Positions 33,398 to 37,037 of a stretch of DNA of 37,037 bases are shown here, one piece after another. The position numbers were made by a program, and so were the translations under genes. The DNA lies in NCBI GenBank assembly GCA_964195725.1, contig CAXMSR010000001.1:1-37037 (forward strand), in the 5' to 3' direction. The notes below the pieces were generated by a model that searched no databases, was not told the DNA's origin, and saw nothing but the letters and a program-made list of their open reading frames with translations. The stretch's first letter is position 1, and the number at the start of each line of letters is the position of its first letter. This stretch comes from an uncultured Kiloniellaceae bacterium. GTDB taxonomy: Bacteria; Desulfobacterota; Deferrisomatia; Deferrisomatales; BM512.

Positions 33398-34666
33398 TCA
33401 GCGCCGGGGCCTTCTGGAGCGTCGCCTCGGACGCCTTTTGCGCTCCGGAGTATCCGTAACCGTGGTAGTGCTGATGTTTTGCTCCGTAACATATTGCTCC
33501 CAAAAAGCGACGGCCTCGGCCAGCTCGTCACCAGCAGCGGCGCTCCACGCCTTCAACATACCGAGCGAGGCGCCAAATTCCTTCCTGCGAGCAAATTTAC
33601 CCTTTGCGCGATAGCTCTTGCCCTTTGACAGACGATAAACGCCCAGGAGGAGCTCTTTCGCTTCGTGGCGTATGTGGGCGCTTATCTGGTAGCGCGTGCA
33701 CACGCTCTTTACCAGCGGGAAGATCGCGTCTGACGCCTCTTCCAGCCCGGTGTTGGAGCCAAGCGGGCAAACCGAGGTCAGCGTCGGCAGGCAAAACGCT
33801 GCGATGTAGAGGTGCTCAGGGGGCTTTACGCCCTTGCGTGACTGCGCATCCAAAACCTCTACCAGCGTGCCCAGCCGCTCATCGGCGTCCAGCTCGGGGA
33901 AGAGGTATTTGAAGAGCCCCAGATGCTGAGTGCCCGTAAGCACCGCGCCGGTGATGCCGCGCTGCTCCATCTGGCGAAACTCTTCGCGCAGCCTCGCGCT
34001 GGAGGCGTTGGCGATAAGAGCGGCGTTTCGTTCTATCCCCTCCCATGTCAGCTCTTCGATCTCGAAATCGAGGCGCACGGCGAACTCGATCGCGCGCAGC
34101 ATCCGCACCGGGTCTTCTTCAAAACGCTCGTCGGGCTCGCCGATCAGCCGCAGGACGCGATCGTCCAGATCAGCCAGGCCGCCGGTGTAGTCAACGATGG
34201 AAAAATCGGAGAGGTCGTAAAAAAGCGCGTTGAAGGTAAAATCTCGCCGCCAGGCGTCTTCTTCGACGGTGCCGAACGAAGACCCGGTCAGGTCGCGGTC
34301 ATCGGGGTGCAGGTCATCATGATCGCTCTGCTCGCCGGTGCCGCGAAAGGTGGTGACCTCGATGATTTTATCGGGCTGACCTTTTTTGCGGAAATAGACG
34401 TGGGCGATGCGAAAGCGCCGACCGATGAGGCGGGAGTTTCGAAAGACGCGCTTTATCTGGCTGGGGCGCGCGTCGGTGCCGATGTCGAAATCCTTGGGCT
34501 GCCCCCCCAAGAGGATATCGCGCACCGCGCCGCCGACGAGGAAGGCCTGAAACCCTTCCCGTCTGAGCCTGCGTAGAATCCAAAGCGCGTCGGCATCGAT
34601 GAGCGAGCGGCTTACGCAATGCTCGGGACGCTCCAGACGCACTACTTTTTTATCATATTTACTCAT
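33398..34666 (-). CDS. pcnB: Poly(A) polymerase I
   Basis: Contains FLVGGAVRDILLGGQPKDFDIGT and RLIGRRFRIAHVYF (PcnB signature) and a basic C-terminal tail RKRRPRRRSRRPRR. The start is taken as the ATG at 34666 (MSKYDKK); a GTG at 34711 is the alternative. Confidence 0.85.
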   Translation of the reverse strand: MSKYDKKVVRLERPEHCVSRSLIDADALWILRRLRREGFQAFLVGGAVRDILLGGQPKDFDIGTDARPSQIKRVFRNSRLIGRRFRIAHVYFRKKGQPDKIIEVTTFRGTGEQSDHDDLHPDDRDLTGSSFGTVEEDAWRRDFTFNALFYDLSDFSIVDYTGGLADLDDRVLRLIGEPDERFEEDPVRMLRAIEFAVRLDFEIEELTWEGIERNAALIANASSARLREEFRQMEQRGITGAVLTGTQHLGLFKYLFPELDADERLGTLVEVLDAQSRKGVKPPEHLYIAAFCLPTLTSVCPLGSNTGLEEASDAIFPLVKSVCTRYQISAHIRHEAKELLLGVYRLSKGKSYRAKGKFARRKEFGASLGMLKAWSAAAGDELAEAVAFWEQYVTEQNISTTTVTDTPERKRRPRRRSRRPRR

Positions 34667-34777
34667 ATTAGATACTTTCAATAGCCAAGGCGACGGCGTA
34701 ACTTCTATCACGTTGTGAGCTTTTTTCGTAGAAAAAACTTAACATTCCCCCCTTTGGGGCACATCAAACGGAGATTA

Positions 34778-34786
34778 TGTTATAAT
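34778..34786 (+). promoter_or_regulatory. Extended -10 promoter element (TGtTATAAT) for the DsbC-like gene
   Basis: TG at 34778-34779 and a perfect TATAAT at 34781-34786, 40 nt upstream of the ATG at 34827, within the AT-rich divergent region. Confidence 0.5.
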
Positions 34787-34826
34787 TTCCGGGTGACTTG
34801 TATTTCATTTATTGGGAGGAGACCGC

Positions 34827-35633
34827 ATGTTTTCAAAAGTTTTTGCTCTAGTATTGACCGTTATCTTCATGGCGGCAGCGGCGGCGCTGCCCTTCGGCGC
34901 AGAGGGATGCGGCGCAGGCGAGTGCGTCGAGTGCCACTCGCTTTCAAAGGAGCAGGCCTCGCAATCGCTTGAGCCGCTAAAAGCCAACATCAACGTCGCC
35001 AAAGTGGAGATGAGCGAAGTACCGGGGCTGTGGAGCATCATAGTCGAGCGCGCCGACGGAATGAAGTTCCCCATCTTTCTGGACTTTTCGCTGAGCTACA
35101 TAATACAGGGCGAAGCCCTGAAGATCGCCTCGCGCGAAAACATCACCAAGAATCAGATCATCGCCTTGAATCGCGTTGATACCTCGTCGATCCCGCTCGA
35201 CGACGCGCTCGTTATCGGCGACCCAAATGCCAAGCACCGGATCATCGTCTTCGACGACCCGGAGTGCCCCTTCTGCAAAAAAATCCACGAAGCCATGCTG
35301 GAAACGGTGAAAACGCGGCCCGACTACGTCTTTTTCATCAAGATGTTGCCGCTTGAAATTCACCCCACCGCCTACGACAAGGCCAAGGCGATCATCTGCG
35401 AAAAGTCCGTCGAGCTTCTGGAGAAGAGCCTCAACGGCGAAGAGATCCCGGCGCCTACCTGCGAAACCGACCAGATAGAAAAAAACAGAGCGCTCGCCAA
35501 AAAGCTGCGCGTCCGCTCGACTCCTACACTTGTCTTCCCCGACGGGCGCGTCTTCCCCGGCTACAAAGCGCCTGAGAAGATAATTGAGTTGATGGAACAC
35601 GACGACACCCTGAAAAATACCGACGCCAAGTAG
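34827..35633 (+). CDS. Periplasmic DsbC/DsbG-like thiol:disulfide isomerase with an N-terminal Cys-rich CxxCH extension
   Basis: The ATG follows GGGAGGAG. It has a signal peptide MFSKVFALVLTVIFMAAAAALPFGA, a DsbC-type N-terminal domain (VPGLWSIIVE), the thioredoxin-fold active site DDPECPFCKK and a cis-Pro region RSTPTLVFPDG. Confidence 0.8.
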   Translation: MFSKVFALVLTVIFMAAAAALPFGAEGCGAGECVECHSLSKEQASQSLEPLKANINVAKVEMSEVPGLWSIIVERADGMKFPIFLDFSLSYIIQGEALKIASRENITKNQIIALNRVDTSSIPLDDALVIGDPNAKHRIIVFDDPECPFCKKIHEAMLETVKTRPDYVFFIKMLPLEIHPTAYDKAKAIICEKSVELLEKSLNGEEIPAPTCETDQIEKNRALAKKLRVRSTPTLVFPDGRVFPGYKAPEKIIELMEHDDTLKNTDAK

Positions 35634-35683
35634 GCAGCCGGGGCAAATGATCCACAGAGAGCAGTCACCCTGCACCCGGCAAT

Positions 35684-35724
35684 GAGCGTAGCCCTGTGAT
35701 CGCGGTGATCACAGGGCTACGCTC
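35684..35724. repeat. Perfect 18-bp inverted repeat (hairpin) with a 5-nt loop
   Basis: gagcgtagccctgtgatc (35684-35701), gcggt, gatcacagggctacgctc (35707-35724). It lies 50 nt after the DsbC-like stop, with no U-tract. Confidence 0.9.
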
Positions 35725-35725
35725 C

Positions 35726-35749
35726 GGCTGTGACTTGGGCTGTGACTTG
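35726..35749. repeat. Perfect 12-bp tandem duplication (ggctgtgacttg x2)
   Basis: Read directly at 35726-35737 and 35738-35749, immediately 3' of the 18-bp hairpin. Confidence 0.9.
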
Positions 35750-35893
35750 CCCTCTCCCAAAAGCCATCCCCTGACCCCTTGCACGCGCAGAGTAAGGGTG
35801 TATCTTCGTGTTAGGTGCCTCATCCATCCTAAGCCGCATTGAGCGCTACTGATAAGGCACCTTACCCGCACCACCCACAGGGGATCGTTCAAA

Positions 35894-37037
35894 ATGGCAG
35901 ACTACCAATACGACGTGGCGATTCTGGGCGGCGGCGCAGCCGGGCTTACCGTAGCCTCGGGCGCAGCCCAGTTCGGCGCAAAGACGCTGCTAATTGAAAA
36001 GGCAGAGCTCCTCGGCGGCGATTGCCTGCACTACGGCTGCGTGCCCTCCAAGACCCTGATCCAGTCGGCGAAGGTCTGGTCGCTGGCGGCGCGCGCAAGC
36101 GAGTTCGGCCTACCGGGGCTGGAGCTGCCCCCCGTTGACCTGGGTGCGGTGATGGATCGCGTAAAAGAGGCGATCGAGACTATCCAGCCCCATGACTCGC
36201 CCGAGCGATTTTGCGAGCTCGGCGTCGAGGTGCGCTTTGGCGACGCCTCCTTCATCGACCCCCACACCGTAAAGCTCGCAGGCGAGACGATCAGCGCGAA
36301 AAGCTGGGTGATCGCCACCGGCTCGCGCCCGGCGCTGCCCCCGGTTGAAGGGCTGGCCGACACGCCCCACTGGACCAACGAGACGCTCTTTAAGCAGCGC
36401 AAGCTCCCCAAGCGCCTCCTCGTACTGGGGGGCGGGCCCATAGGGCTTGAGATGGCGCAAGCACTTGGGCGGCTGGGCTCCCGGGTGACAGTGGTGGAGT
36501 TTCTCGACCAGATCCTTGGCCCCGAAGACCCCGACATAGCGGCGCTGGTGGCTGAAAGGTTGACCGAAGAGGGCCTCAAACTCTACACCTCCACCAAGGC
36601 GCTTCGCGCGCGCAGCGCAGGGGGCAAAGTCTACCTCACCGTCTCCTCCTCCAGCGACGAGGGGGGCGACGAGCGCGAACTGGAAGCCGACGCGCTGCTG
36701 GTGGCCACGGGCCGACGTCCCAACATAGAGGGGCTGGGGCTGGAAAACGCAGGGGTCACCTTCACCGGCAAGGGGATACCCGCCGACGCGCGCATGCGCA
36801 CCAACGTACGCCACATCTACGCCTGCGGCGACGTGAACGGCCAGCTGCCTTTCACCCACATCGCGGGGTACGAGGGCGGCATCGCGCTTACCAACATCGT
36901 CCTGCACCTGCCGCGAAAAGCCGACTACTCGAAGACCCCCTGGTGTACCTATCTCGACCCCGAGGTGGCGAGCGTAGGGCTAAACGAGAAGCGCGCCAAG
37001 GCGCAAGGTGTGGAGTACACGCTGCTCGAAGAGCACT
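35894..37037 (+). CDS. Class I pyridine nucleotide-disulfide oxidoreductase (dihydrolipoyl dehydrogenase / mercuric reductase-like), 3'-truncated by the window edge
   Basis: Not in the ORF track (no stop in the window). My translation is MADYQYDVAILGGGAAGL... with GGDCLHYGCVPSK (redox-active CxxxxC), a second dinucleotide fold LVLGGGPIGLE and ATGRRPN. AGGGGA RBS. Confidence 0.85.
   Translation, partial: MADYQYDVAILGGGAAGLTVASGAAQFGAKTLLIEKAELLGGDCLHYGCVPSKTLIQSAKVWSLAARASEFGLPGLELPPVDLGAVMDRVKEAIETIQPHDSPERFCELGVEVRFGDASFIDPHTVKLAGETISAKSWVIATGSRPALPPVEGLADTPHWTNETLFKQRKLPKRLLVLGGGPIGLEMAQALGRLGSRVTVVEFLDQILGPEDPDIAALVAERLTEEGLKLYTSTKALRARSAGGKVYLTVSSSSDEGGDERELEADALLVATGRRPNIEGLGLENAGVTFTGKGIPADARMRTNVRHIYACGDVNGQLPFTHIAGYEGGIALTNIVLHLPRKADYSKTPWCTYLDPEVASVGLNEKRAKAQGVEYTLLEEH

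Overview
High-GC (about 60%) bacterial chromosomal window. Gene content and order (anaerobic cbi pathway, pilB-pilT-pilC-pilS-pilR) suggest a Desulfuromonadales/Geobacter-like deltaproteobacterium; this is inference only. Left to right: a tRNA-Leu(UAA) with a nearby copy of its 3' end; then a minus-strand block with a UspA-like protein, an RlmI-like SAM methyltransferase, an ACT-domain protein and a translationally coupled cobalamin operon (cbiX-C-D-ET-F-G-H). Directly upstream, on the same strand, is the most unusual locus: a stand-alone receiver, a 914-aa membrane sensor (Cache-like/HAMP/PAS/degenerate kinase core) fused to a C-terminal DEDDh 3'-5' exonuclease, a DUF3311-like mini-protein and a 1065-aa SLC5 transporter-STAC-GAF-histidine kinase. 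Next come a hypothetical anchored protein, a YbgC-type thioesterase, a 470-bp hairpin-rich orphan region, cobQ with a coupled 57-aa ORF, an OMP beta-barrel, an ArsR-regulated UPF0718 permease with a Cys-repeat loop, a lipoprotein, a PnuC-like membrane protein, and holC, ribF and aroE. The window ends with a type IV pilus cluster (pilBTCSR) lacking a pilin gene after pilR, pcnB, a DsbC-like protein with an N-terminal CxxCH motif, and a partial flavoprotein disulfide reductase. Several short AT-rich tandem repeats sit in intergenic gaps. No CRISPR array, transposase or integrase is visible. All family calls come from motif recognition by eye, not from searches.
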